A stretch of 64,000 nucleotides of DNA from Octopus vulgaris (Eukaryota). Each line of letters starts with the position of its first letter. Position 1 is the stretch's first letter. The position numbers and the translations under genes are program-made. Shown piece by piece: positions 24,420 to 38,068 of this stretch. The stretch spans positions 66,216,001-66,280,000 of the forward strand of contig OX597818.1 in assembly GCA_951406725.2 (NCBI GenBank), read 5' to 3'. The notes under the pieces were generated by a model, which searched no databases, was not told the DNA's origin, and saw nothing but the letters and a program-made list of their open reading frames with translations.

Positions 24420-27400
24420 ATCTCTATTTTAGCCCCTCTACCCCTGTCTCAGTTTAGTGTAAAGCCTGATTGGAGGGATCAACGCACCAAATAAAATTCC
24501 ACTGAGCGGACATTTATATAGACAAATATTTTATACAGATAACTCAAAGACAATACCGCGCTATGCAGGCGCAGCCTCGAAATTTATCTAATACCAAATA
24601 CTAATTTATCGCAATTCAATAGACGTCTAGTTTCTTTACGAAAAAAAACCCCACAGAATTTTCTCTTAATGCCTTATGCATTTATATACAGTACAAAAAC
24701 AAAGATATGTTATATAGAAAACCCATTAATTGGTTGTTTTACTTTCGTACATGTATATATTTCCTTGTAAAAACAAACTGATTTATAAACATAGATATAC
24801 ATACGCACGTGGGAACACACGCGTTTATGCGTACGTTCATATATATGCATCCATTAATGTTTCGAGATAATGAAGCATCGTCTGGAAGAGCATATTTAAT
24901 TAAGGTCAGTGGTTTTTCACTCTTTGAAGAGTGCAACACTTTTCACACAGATACCTTGTCCGAGCATGTCGGAGTTAATATGATGGACAGCTTGAAAAAA
25001 GCCTAAGGTCGTTTGGGATTAGTGGACCGATTACGGATTCACAAAACTCGTTGCAAATATAGAATATTTCTTATAAAATTCATTCCGCTTCATCGCCTTT
25101 CATAAACAGCAGTCGATCTCATCCAAATATCTGCTAACGATGCTACTTTTAGCTTGCCATGTTCACTGAAATATTAATCGCTTGTTACCTGTACGCAGAC
25201 GTAACATACGTGGGAATTCACAGTTGTCTTGGAGACGCAGTTTCCTTCTTAACATACATCCGGTTGCAGAGCTGGCTATAGCGCACAATGTCTCAACCCC
25301 ATGTACATTTCCTGTACCTCAGCAATTCTTCTACGCGTGAGTGTTACGGGTTGATGTACTGGCGCTTAACTCAGTGACCCTTGCAGTACATGTTGCTGCA
25401 GTTGGTACGTGACTTGCAACTGGCTTTAAGCAGCAAGTGTTTCAATACCACGATGAGCCATACAGGCGTGAGCTAAATGATTATGAATTACCTATGTATT
25501 AGTGCAAGCACAAGTATTGATTGGACGGGGTTTCAATAATGGGTAAAATATAGAAACAGTTGAAAATTGATCCGTTTTAAGGGGGAAATACGTATTATCG
25601 GAAATTACTTAAAATTTGGCACTGGTGCATAAGGGATATTTTATTCTCAGGAGAAGAAAAACATTTCTAATTATATTGCTCTTATCTAGGACAAACGAGT
25701 TTGTATTCTAGGCCGTTTTTGTTTTGCTGGCACAGTTGCTTTAAATAATTTTTTGGTTATCCGATCAATAGTATCGGGTTTGGAGAAGGAACCGTTGTTT
25801 ACGTTTTCATTTGGGTCATACACGAACAAAAAGACAAAAACACTTCTTTCAACTTCAACTTTCCTATTTTAAAACACCACATTATCAACACCCAAATTAC
25901 TATTTCCACCATCCCCCTTTTTTTGTTCCATATAAAAATTCACCTGCACCTCTTCCTCGCCATCATCAATACTTGGCATTGCAATTTTCGTCATCATTAT
26001 TTCGATCACATCCATATCACAATGTTCTTTATTGTTGCTACATTCCCTCTATAAGGATAGAATAAATCTGTAATACCATTTTAAGGATGAAGCTACGTAA
26101 GAGATATGAGGGCATCGAAATTTCATCCTTGTTCGTATTTTAAATGGCCACATAAAGAAACTAGATAATACTCAACTGTAGAAACATGTTAATGATCAGA
26201 TAGACTAAGCATGTGATCTCTACTAAATGCAGCTTTATCACTATGACGTTGTTGCATCGTCTAACAAGTGTTGTTATAATTTTAGCAAAGATTTATTATC
26301 TTTTAATGTAAACAGAAACGCCATGAGGATAACATATATATGCGTGCGATTGAGTATAAAACGCTATATGAGTATATTACAACCACCGCATTATGTCAAG
26401 ACTTTCGATTGCTATATCACGTTTATGATCGCAAATGCTATACCCAAATGCGGTGCCAGTGAAACTGACAGATTTCTCAAACAATGATTCATAAAAGCAT
26501 AATTTGTTCTGCGAAGTAGGAAGAAACCGAAGACAAAATATGTTTTATGCCTTACATTTCATTCCCTACAGGTATCTTGCTGTCAAATGATTGTTGCATT
26601 TTCGCTATTTCACGGGGACCCTAAAAAAAATATGGCTAACAGGGGCCATGACATTCAACAGGGCACAACTCGTGATTTTTTCGGGATTGCTTCTTGAGTT
26701 TTTGCAGCTAAACTGCATATAAACATTCCCCTATCCTCATGCTAGAGACCCGAAGAATAAGAATTGTAATCGCCACACCATCTTTATACACCTTTAGACA
26801 TTTAGATTTCTGCCAGAATTACAACTACTCGCAACTAACTTGAATAACAGCTCCGGGATGGCATTTAATGGTGTGAGATTAAGCGGAGCTGCGTGTACAT
26901 GTAAGTGCGTGAGCGTGTGTATGTGTTGGTGTTTATAGAAACGTGCCACCCCTTCTACGTGTGTTTGTGTGGTTTGCAGGTTTTTAAAGTTTTTGAGGTT
27001 CGGCCTTTTATCATTTCCTGTTCATGGTCAACCCATAAAATCTTTACAATGACCAGGAGGAAATAAAGGTAATAGACCGCAATATTAAAACAAATGTCAC
27101 GGATGGTGAGATCACACGCAGCTACAAACACACATATATACGTTAACAGGGATGTACACGCACACGCATGCACACGTAGCCATGCCCTCAGATCCTGCGT
27201 TTACTCTTACCGCCTCTTCTAAGAAAGCACACATCTGCAGAAACATACATTCATGCATACACACAAACATAAGACCGATTCTCAGACGGAAGCATAGCAG
27301 ATCTTGGAAACGTAACTAAGTCACTAAGACACAGAAAGGTCAGAATCAGTGACAAAGGGATTTGGCTAACAAAGAATCGTTCGATTGCATAATCAGTACT

Positions 27401-27626
27401 GTAAACAATCGTTGGATTAATTAATTCGTAAGATATTCAGCAAATTGACTAACGATAAAAACTAGTATTGATCCTGTAAGTGTGTTATTGATATTGGCGT
27501 AATGACTCTTCATAGACACAGAGAAATCACGTGATATTCCATACAAAGATAAAAGTATTTTTAAACAGCAAAGTATATCAACTCCATTAAAACTATGAAA
27601 TAACGGTTTACTCAGGGTATCATCCC

Positions 27627-28060
27627 TCAGCTTGTAACACGGCCCCTACACGACTCTTGAACATGGCGCATTCGTTCCTGACTGTGCTTGTGTGAGGATC
27701 TTTGAATACGTCTTTGATTTTTGCCACTGGTTTTTTTGTTGGTGATGCAAGCAAAGAAGTTGGTATCTTTCACCGCAACGCACCATACATTGTAGTTTAC
27801 AATTAGGGGAACCGGGATGCAAGAAATTGGGGCTGAGGAAATGGTACAATTAGCCGACAACCACTTCTGAGGTTTTCAAGAGGTATCGTATGGAGACGAA
27901 CTCTGCTGCTACACATGACATTTTAACAACAAGCCTCTCTATCCAGGATTTGGCCACAGTCACAATCAGTTTCACATAACCGTTTGCATTTAGCCTGAAG
28001 ATCCGTTCAATGATGCGTGGTGGCACATTCAATGACCATCACCTTCTTGCTGACCATAAA
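27627..28060 (-). mobile_element. Highly decayed Tc1/mariner-superfamily transposase fragment
   Basis: Fragments 'PPRII..FRLNANGYVKLIVTVAKSWIERLV' and 'SPNFLHPGSPNCK' resemble DDE_3 transposase motifs (WPPNSPDCNPLD). Confidence 0.5.
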
Positions 28061-28115
28061 ATTGTAAACTGATTTCGATCTTACGTATTACCTTCAACAC
28101 AGTGTCCACAGAGAT

Positions 28116-28280
28116 TTGGCCAACAGTTATGTTATCGATATTTCGATACCTGGCATATGACTTCTTGATACAGGTGACACATTTTCAGTTTTCAGGTAAT
28201 TTCTCGTCCCCTCTCCCTATCAACTAACTTTCTCAAAAATTCTTAACCATTAAGAACCACAATGCCGTTAACACCAACAT
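28116..28280. repeat. ~165-bp dispersed repeat, copy 1 (copy 2 at 35898-36058)
   Basis: Shared 'ttggccaa.agttatgtt.tcga.atttcgatacctggcata...ttaagaaccacaatgccgtt.acaccaacat'. Confidence 0.85.
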
Positions 28281-28836
28281 GTTATTTAAAAGGGGAGTCA
28301 TAAATACCGTCAGATTTAGCAGAAGCAAACACCCTGAATAGACTCACGTATGTGCAGACTGACTGAGGAGTAATATTTATTGCTACTTAAACGTGTCTGT
28401 TCCGTAATAACCGACCTTGCTGCCATTTTAACCCCAGGAGGACACCCCCTCCTACTATTCATTCTATGCCATCTGCATCCGATATATATTGCAAGTGGGG
28501 GGGTGAGACCCTACCAAATACTGCCCACGAGACCACCACATTGTACACTTTCGATCTCAGTCTGTTGATCCTCGATATTGAATACTCGTCTGCTGGAAAT
28601 GGAATCTTTATTATGATCAAAATGATCTTACATAGAAAGGGATATTACAAGACAAACAAATACAAAAATGTTATATAAGGTCGAATGAATATCATGTTTA
28701 AAAATTTTTATATAATGGTTAATTCTCCTTCGAACTAGAACTTTTTTTAAAAAGAAAACAAAGAAAGAAAACGAATAAAAATATCGAACCCGGCAGCGTA
28801 TAAGGCGCAGCAACTATCTTTTCCTTTCATCAATGA

Positions 28837-29085
28837 TTAAGCTGGGTTACTAACACCCATCTTTCTCATCACATCCTTCCATAGTTGCTCGTATTCACTC
28901 GGTGGCAGGGTCTTCATCTTGCTCTTCAGATGGTATCTGAAGTAGGACAGCAAACTGGGTCCAGAGATGAAGGACCCTTTCACAGAACTTTCCGTTCTAG
29001 TCCTCCAAACACACTCTTTCAGCACTGCAACCATACAATAAAAACATGCCTTGCCTTCCTCTGTGAGTCCAGTTGGTGGTATCAT
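28837..29085 (-). mobile_element. Probable Tx1/L1-clade ORF2 C-terminal fragment
   Basis: 'FYCMVAVLKECVWRTR...LLSYFRYHLKSKM...YEQLWKDV' resembles the W..R-containing C-terminus of Tx1-like ORF2; recognised from memory only. Confidence 0.4.
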
Positions 29086-29729
29086 CTTTATTATAGATTC
29101 AACCGACAGCTGCTCGTCTGCTAGAAATAGTAGTACTTTACTCCAGCTCGCAATATATAGTAAATAAATGACAACCAGTCACTGATCTTCCATCAAGCAA
29201 AGTAGCCAGTTAGAAAATCTCTATAAGAGATGAAAGCAGTAACTATACTGAAAGGTGATGTCTATTTCTTTTTAAATTTGGCTGTTCCGTAAGAACCGAC
29301 GTTACTGCTGCTTTAATCCCAGGAGAGGACTCCTACTGTAGATCGTTATTTGATGCAATCTGCATGCGATATATATATATATAGATATATATATATATAT
29401 ATATATATTGCAGGCAGGTGACTACTGGTATTTCTAGCGGACAAGTATTCACCATCGAGGATGACCACAAAGAGATCGAAACGTTACGGTCTAGTGGCCT
29501 TGTGTGTGGAAGACACAGACATGCACCCATACATCAGATCATGATTGGATTTGTAATACTTCAATTTCGAAGAAATCATCGTCGATACCTTTGCGTTAAT
29601 TGCTTAATTATTTCAATATTATCAAAAAAAGCTATTGCTCCTTGTATTAATGCAGTTATACGCCAAATACCTGCATTTGATTAATTACAAGTACAAAAGG
29701 TACAAGAATATGTTCCGTAATACTGTTTT

Positions 29730-29912
29730 TACATTTAGGCACAAGGCCAAGAATTTCGTAGGAAGCGGGTATATCGATTTTGTCGACCCCTGTGCTGAAT
29801 TGCACTAATTTTAACGAACTCGAATGAACGAAAGACAAGCTTAACCTCGGTCCACTTTGATCTCAGAATGAAGAGACGGATAAAGTGCTAATAAGCATTT
29901 TGTCCGGCGTAC
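29730..29912 (-). mobile_element. SINE family C, decayed
   Basis: 'taggcacaaggcc...gtcgacccc...aacctcgg...tctcagaa...aagcattttgtccggcg'. Confidence 0.7.
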
Positions 29913-31695
29913 TTATATCAGTCCGTTGCTCGGCGTTTGATTTCTCCAGTCACGCATTATATCGTTAAAGGAGAGGGGGCGATAAAGTAAATGAAAAAAA
30001 TGTAAAAATTTTACATAAGATGCGCTGTATTCGTGCCATGCTAGGCTAACAAATGAGCAGGTTCCACACAAATTGTGAAAGAAAGACTCATATACTGAAT
30101 GAGAGAAGAGGAGGAACAGTTTCTATTTCCTTATTTTAAGTTTTAAATATTTTTCTTATTTTAAGGTAATTACGTTTGTTCTGAATATTACTAATTTTTT
30201 TCTTTTCTTAATAAGCAACAAATATGTTGATACCTGTTAAATTATAATTACCGTATGTATGGCATATCTTTTCATGACGGCAAAAATACTCTTTGAAAGT
30301 TTTCCCTCTTATGACGGGTAACACCCTGGTAGACTAATACAATCCGAAGTACTAACGAACGGAGACTTTTGTATTTTCTTTCTATAATAGAAGCGTAAGC
30401 AGGAAATGTAATTGAAAACTGGCCATTTATAAACTTTAAGACCGAAATAGCTTCACGTCGATGATATATTTATGCAAAGGCTGATTGTTGACACAATTTA
30501 AAAGCGAAAATACCACTTAGTAAGGAAAATAATTGATTTCTTGTTTAAGAGAAATTATGAATATTGGCATATTTAGACTCTCATAGAAATGTCAATAAAA
30601 AAAAATAGTGTCTCTTTCTTGGAGGATACACAAATCTATTGACTTTCATCTGTTTTCTGTCACGAAAGAAATCGATGTAGCTGTATCAGCTTTCACAATC
30701 ACCCAAGCAATCAGATCTTGGCAAGTTATTGGAGGTCAATTGATGACTTGCCAACATCGAAAATTGATAGGATCGCGATTATTTCACCCTTGAGTGCACA
30801 GTTATCTTGTGGCTAAACACACTTTCAGATTATTCAATGTAGCGTAAATGCATCTATTCTAATAGATCATGTAGTTGACCGTAATAAATTTGCTTAGCAT
30901 TTCTTCCTTTTGGAAAATTTCTAAACACAAACAAACTCAGTTAAAAGGAACCTTTCAAATGCAGTGAAACCAAAAATATTTACTGTATTTAAAGCATGCT
31001 AAATGAATATTTATATGGAGCAATAAAATCTAAATCAAAGTATGTGAACATTAAAGTAATAACTAAATTTACTAGGGTCACACAAATATCCGCCATTGAA
31101 TAGTAAAAAGATACAATACAAAAAAGAAACATAAATCTTGGTGAACATATTGGCATTAGAATTCTATGTAAGAATTGAAAATAACTTCTATAGATTGAAA
31201 CAAGTAAAAACAAAAAAAACAGCAGCAAATTTCTTCTTCGTGACACGACTGATATATACGGAAATAAATCAGACAAACATGTGATATATTATCAATATTC
31301 ATGGGAAAATATATTAATATCTATAAAGAAATTTTGTATGAGTATCATCTCATAGATTCTGTGAAGTGATACAGCGCCGGGAGACGAAAAAAGTACCTTA
31401 TTTGGTATGAAATCCCCAAAGAGTAAGAATTTTATGTATCATTAGCATATCATTTACAGTTTCGATCTAAAAGTTCCACGGTCTGCAACGGAACTCAGTC
31501 AAGACATATTTGTATTCATACTAAGGAGAAACTAGTCCAGCTGATACACAATGCATTAATTGAAATGCCGCGAATATTCGATATACATTTTTATAAAAAA
31601 CAAAAATTTCAATAGTGACCAGCAATATAATACTCAAATATTATATTGTATATACACGATCACTCGTATATATGTGTATATGTACATATGTATGA

Positions 31696-31820
<125 letters not shown>

Positions 31821-31827
31821 CATACAT

Positions 31828-32134
31828 GTGGAGGCGCAATGGCCCAGTGGTTAGGGCAGCGGACTCGCGGTCGTAGGATTGCGGTTTCGATTCCCAGACC
31901 GGGTGTTGTGTATGTTTATTGAGCGAAAACACCTAAAAGCTCCACGGCGCTCCGGCATGGGGTGGTGATCCCTGCTGTACTCTTTCACCACTCTTTCTCT
32001 CCCTCTTTCGTCTGTTGGCCTGCTCGCTTAGCCAGCGGGGTGGCATCATTCGAAAGCTAAAACAATGCGAACGCATTGTGACCAGCGATGTGTAGCAACA
32101 TCTGATGGTCTGGTCGGTCACGTGATCACGTGAT
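31828..32134 (+). mobile_element. tRNA-derived SINE family A2 (same head as A, different 3' tail)
   Basis: Head nearly identical to family A; tail 'ttagccagcggggtggcatcattcgaaagctaaaacaatgcg...ggtcggtcacgtgatcacgtga'. Confidence 0.9.
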
Positions 32135-32194
32135 ATACATACATATATATACATGGACCCTGGGACCAATCAACAACAGCCCCCCCCCACAGAA

Positions 32195-32620
32195 ACACAT
32201 GTATACATATATACACTCACACAAAGACACACCCACTCACATCATTCTGACCACCATACAGACACACATATGCACACACATGCACACACCCAGCACCATG
32301 CGAAATGCCAATCACGGACATACACACACACACACATACAAACACACACATACACACACACAACACCAAGACAATCACACACACGGTTGACAAACAGATA
32401 CCCATATACACACACCATCCTACCAGTATTTACAAACACACAGACACATCTATTCACATCACATATGTATATACACACACACACTTTATATTCATCCAAG
32501 TACCAGTCCTGCCATTCGCACAACATGGATACTTCAATCATACATACACACACACGGAAATACACGCACATCCACACACACATACACAGAGACACAAATG
32601 CATGCACACACATAGACACT
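32195..32620. repeat. Degenerate (CA)-rich low-complexity tract
   Basis: Direct reading; source of the 213-aa His/Thr ORF. Confidence 0.85.
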
Positions 32621-33018
32621 TATGTATATACTTCATTTGTAGGTTTTAAATGGTTTCCAATGGTTTCATGTGAAAGGATCTTCATGTCTGTTCAAGTGTG
32701 TTACATACAAGTGTTGGTCCACATCTCTATCTTGGATGAAAATGCGCGTGGCCGAACGGCTTTTCGAAAGAAAAACTCAGTCCATGGGAGGTGATATCGA
32801 AGAATATATTAATTGTTGGCTATTTTACATTAGCCCTTGTTTTACCAGAAATTGTGATTATAATTGATTAATTAATTCGTTAAATATGTTATGTGATAGC
32901 ACTCATGTACGCATATGTACACGCCTACGCATGTATATGTATGTACGTATATATTTATCTATGTATGCAACCATGCATGCATGCATGCATGTATGTGTGT
33001 ATGTATGTATGTATGTAT

Positions 33019-33216
33019 ACTCTTTTACTCTTTTACTTGTTTAAGTCGTTTGACTGCGGCCATGCTGGAGCACCGCCTTTAGTTGATCAAATCGACCCCG
33101 GGACTTATGCTTTGTAAGCCCAGTACTTATTCTATCGGTCTTTTTTGCCGAACCGCTAAGTGACGGGGACATAAACACACCAGCATCGGTTGTCAAGCAA
33201 TGCTAGGGGACAAACA

Positions 33217-33300
<84 letters not shown>

Positions 33301-33466
33301 TACGACAGGCTTCTTTCAGTTTCCGTCTACCAAATGCACTCACAAGGCATTGGTCGGCCCAGGGCTATATCAGAAGACACTTGCCCAAGATGCCACGCAG
33401 TGGGACTGAACCCGAAACCATGTTGCTCGTTAGCAAGCTACTTACCACAGAGCCACTCCTGCGCCT
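33019..33466 (-). mobile_element. SINE family B, full length
   Basis: Colinear with 16506-16916 and 52853-53266. Confidence 0.92.
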
Positions 33467-33559
33467 ATGTATGTATTATGTATGTGTGTATGTAAACACT
33501 GTCGGGGTATTCTGAACCTTAGGCTTTTGTGAATGGAACGAGTTTAGAAGTCATTCATA

Positions 33560-34560
33560 CTTTTGTTTACCATTGAAGCACACTGTCAGATAATGGTGGT
33601 CTTCACGCAGAGATATACTATGGATTAGGGAAGAGCAGTGTTGCATTTGGAAACCTCGAAAAGTGAGTATAGGTAGATGTAGATAATTTTTGTCGACAAC
33701 AGTCAGTGTCTATAAATCGTGTGTATTAAATGCACTTCTTTATTCGAATGACACGTAAACCACTTAGACGTGGAATGGAAGCACTCCGTCGGTTACGACG
33801 ACGAGGGTTCCGGTTGATCCGATGAACGGAACAACAGCCTGCTCGTGAAATTAACGTGTAAGTGGGTGAGCACTCCACAGACACGTGTACCCTTAACATA
33901 GTTCTCGGAGATATTCAGCGTGACAGAGAGAGTGACAAGGCCGGCCCTTTGAAATACAGGTACAACAGAAACAGGAAGTAAGAGTGAGAGAAAGTTGTGG
34001 TGAAAGAGTACAGCAGGGATCACCAACATCTCCTACCGGAGCATCATGGAGCTTTAAGTGTTTTCGCTCAATAAACACTCACAACGCCCGGTCTGGGAAT
34101 CGAAACCGCGAGTCTGCTGCCCTAACCACTGGGCCATTGCGCCTCCACATACTACAACGTAGTCATTATATGAAAATGCTGGAGAGATTTCATCAAATGT
34201 GCCTCAAACGTATATAGGAAGTCAAGTGAGGATTGCTTCATACCAGATATAGTTTTTTTTACGCAGGGTACGTTTTAGCTCAATTCAACAACATGTTAAC
34301 GTCGTGCAAATGAAATGGACTGGACATATTATCAGAATGAAAGTAGGGCGATTAAGGAAGCGTCTTTTTTTTATGGTGAGCACAAGTTTGGTAAACGACC
34401 ACAATATAAGCCGAGGAAATGATATAAATAATGTGTGAATGAAAACCCGAAGAAACTAGATATGAAGAAACTGTTTTGGAAAACTGATGCTCAAGATCAG
34501 AACAAGTGGAGAGGTGCTCCTAGGACCGTTTGCGTGGCTTGAGAAGACAAGAGGATTCAG
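33560..34560 (+). mobile_element. Decayed RTE-clade LINE, 3' RT region, interrupted by a SINE
   Basis: Motifs LHAEIYYGLGKSSVAFGNLEK, MLERFHQMCLKRI, KWTGHIIRM, FYGE..GKRPQYKPRK typical of RTE/BovB ORF ends. Confidence 0.75.
33771..34148 (-). mobile_element. SINE family A, full length, nested in the RTE fragment
   Basis: Reverse complement of 48893-49279. Confidence 0.92.
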
Positions 34561-35061
34561 CACTCTGAGCTTAAAAAGAGCCTGTTGGAAAGAAACATTT
34601 GGAAGCGAAATCAACTGTGGATATATTGGATACATATTATGTGTGATCGTGTTCTGTTGACGAAAGCAGGACGTGTGAATTAAATGCAGTCGTATTTAAG
34701 TCGAAATGCCCGTGTAGGTAATAATTTTGAACACCAATTGCCTCTTAGAACTTATATGTCGCAGAACATGTAAGACAATATATGGACTAAAAAGACATAT
34801 GCTAGTTCACAAAAGCATTCCTTTAGAATGGGATTCCAAATAGAAACGACGCACGCAAAAGAAACTGGACTGTCAGTTGTGTTTTAAATCCTGTCAGTGA
34901 GTAGCTAGTCGTAAAAGCCACGTGATGGCTAATTAACGGAGGGATCGCAATGTGTGTTGAGGAGACAGCTGTGGTGTGTGTTGAGGAGACAGCTACCATC
35001 TGTCAAGATGAAGCAATCGTCATGTATATACTTATATATCTTTATATATAAATATATAAAT

Positions 35062-35106
<45 letters not shown>

Positions 35107-35190
35107 GCATGTGTATATATATACGTATATATACATATATATATACACATATATGCATATATATAAATATATGAATATATACATACACAA

Positions 35191-35233
<43 letters not shown>

Positions 35234-35332
35234 TATATATAAAGTTAATCCAAACATGCAAACACAACAACGCGTGGACGTGGAACACGTATAGTGTTAT
35301 TGGATGCTCAGGAAAGGAAAGAAAGAAGGAGG

Positions 35333-35367
35333 ATTTAACGTTTCGAGCGGAGCTCTTCGTCAGAAAC
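35333..35367 (-). ncRNA. Minimal type I hammerhead ribozyme motif, canonical core
   Basis: Minus strand: gttt CTGACGA a gagc tcc gctc GAAA cg TT aaat; palindromic AACGTT stem III; lies in a ~180-bp insert inside (TA)n. Confidence 0.65.
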
Positions 35368-35420
35368 ATAGGAAAAGGAAAGATCCAAGGAAGGAAAGAC
35401 GGAGGAAAGACATCGCCAAT

Positions 35421-35456
<36 letters not shown>

Positions 35457-35897
35457 AATAAATACAACATATGCATATATATATACATATATGTACGTAC
35501 CTACCTCTACATGTATATATGCACACATATATGATTACAGGACACCAAAAAAACGTCAACACAATGAGAAACGAAAACATAGACACAAACCCAAGGAACG
35601 GACATTTTTCTTAAACAACAACAAAAAAATAGAGTACAGGCCTAATAACACAAGGAAAAAACGCCTTCTATATATATACTGGGTTCACAAGAAAGTAAAT
35701 TTGTTTAAAATGACTTTTGCCTACGCTATGTTAGTTTTTCTTTTTGATATGTGATAGATGTTTCTTTGAACTAAATTTACTAGCGAAATGCGCTAAATTT
35801 TGTTTACAGCTGAATTCAAAGTGAATTTTAACATTGAATGCAAAAGCGTACATTTTCGCCATATTTTGTTTTTTGTTTGTTTCTTTTTGTTGCCGCA

Positions 35898-36058
35898 TTG
35901 GCCAATAGTTATGTTGTCGACATTTCGATACCTGGCATATAACGACTTGATACAGGTGACACATATTTTTCAGATAATTTCCAGTCCCCCCAGTCAACTA
36001 ACTTTTTCTCAAAAAATGTCTTAATCTTTAAGAACCACAATGCCGTTGACACCAACAT
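35898..36058. repeat. ~165-bp dispersed repeat, copy 2
   Basis: Matches 28116-28280. Confidence 0.85.
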
Positions 36059-36300
36059 ACAATATATATATATATATACACATATATATACATATATACA
36101 TATATATATATATATACATACATATATATGTATATATTATATGTATATATATACATATATTTATATATATATATATATATATATATACACTTCACTATAT
36201 ACATATGTATACTCATATTTATTACTTGTATATATATATATACATACATATGTGTGTGTATATATATATATAGGTATTTATATATATATATATGTATATG

Positions 36301-36348
<48 letters not shown>

Positions 36349-36400
36349 TATATATATGTGTATGTGTGTGTGCGTGTGTGTGAATGAGTGTGTATCTGTG
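36059..36400. repeat. (TA)/(TG) compound microsatellite
   Basis: Direct reading. Confidence 0.9.
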
Positions 36401-37018
36401 CATGAGTAGATGTCAGTGTGGGCAAGCCTCAATAGGTTTTGTATGATATAGACACCACTAACAGACTGCAAGCTGTGGGTGACATCAATAGGAAAGAAAA
36501 AAAGGTAATTCAGTAGCATTATATATAGAATCTTCATCGATTGTTCGACGCGAACCTGAGCAATTTAATTGATACTAATGATTTTTCTCTTCTGTTAAAG
36601 CCAACGCACTTAGAAACAAATGTGATTCTTGCTATTTAAAGCGATGCAGCATAATACCGTTTCAAGTAACACAGTATACACCGAAGGGCATCTAGAAGTT
36701 TCGGAATATCACAATGAAAACGATATTTCTTGCTCAAGGATAAGAAAATCCAACCAATGGTTGTTATTTAAAACATTTTTCCAGCTAATCGGGAAAAGTA
36801 CATATTAGTTTGTGAAATAAGTAATATATAAAGTTCGAACTGCAAATCTTTAATGAATCGAAACACATACCCCCAAAGCCTTACATTTCTGAAATATGTT
36901 GCATGGAGAAGAGACGCATGGTGCAGCCATCTGATAACTTCCGTAAGATAACCAACGAGCAATGAGTGTACAATTATAGATCTGCCATTTTTGTATTCTT
37001 GTATTCTTGTATTCATCA

Positions 37019-37092
37019 TCTAAGTTAAAAGATATGTGTGCGTATATGTACGTATATATAATATATATATATGTGTGTGTGTGTGTGTGAGT

Positions 37093-37139
<47 letters not shown>

Positions 37140-37818
37140 TAGATAAATATAGCTATGATCGCTCTATGACGTTAGCGAGGTGTTCGCATCATTAAAGCGC
37201 TTACCTTTACAACGGTCCATCAGAAACTAATGGAAAAATATGTCAGGGTCCCGCTTAGTAATGAAGTCCCTGATGCCCCACTTGATTGAGGCCACAATTG
37301 TTACAGGGTACGCGAGGGGGAAAATGTTTTTTTTTTATTTCAAGGATGCAGCTTTATCCCTCGGAGCCCGACATGCCGTTTAACTTCCGCAGATCGCAGT
37401 TCCCGGTGAGGCCATGCTTGGGCATGTCCATCAACAAATCCCAAAGCCAAACACCATATATGGTAGGCATCTATTTGGGGTTTTCCATTCAATCAGGATA
37501 AAGACTTGATAAACCCATTCGTTTTAGGATTTCCCACTAAAATTTACTACACCGTATTTTCAACCATAACTTTTATCAATTTTGACATATTTTGCTCAAA
37601 CTTGATGCCGGCATTACTTAGGTCTCATGGGATCCTTGAATACTTTAAGTTCTAAAAAAAAAAAATCGATGAGTGGAAATACTCGGTAAACCGTTTCCTT
37701 ATCAAGGGATTTCGCTCAACTTTGATGTCGGTGTCACTTATTTTGGTTTGAAATAAAGCGCTTGATCACCTAATACTCTTAATGTAATCTCTGGAAGCGC
37801 CGGGCTAAATTGCCAGTC
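37019..37818 (+). mobile_element. Possible non-autonomous Helitron-like element
   Basis: Ends 'gaagcgccgggctaaattgccagt' (GC hairpin remnant + CTAG-like end); possible a|TC start followed by (GT)n; 5' boundary uncertain. Confidence 0.35.
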
Positions 37819-38068
37819 ATTCTAAACCCGTGAAAATCTGTATTCGACCGCTCGTTTCCGCAGCAAACACGAACATTTCACGGAAACACACACTACCTTC
37901 CTTTCAGGCATCGCATATTTCGAAGAACAGAGGAGAAGCACTGCAAAACAATGAAGCCCCACGTTGTAGCATGACATCGGACGATGACTCTGGTCGTAGA
38001 CCGATACCTTAGATTCGCATGAAGTGGTTCCTAGCGACGGAAGCCTGAACTACATATATATTCATACG

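Noticed and set aside
26555-26600. Splice-acceptor-like 'ttcattccctacag'
   Set aside because: No supportable downstream exon; such motifs are frequent by chance
32153-32794. 213-aa His/Thr-rich ORF
   Set aside because: Degenerate CA-repeat tract
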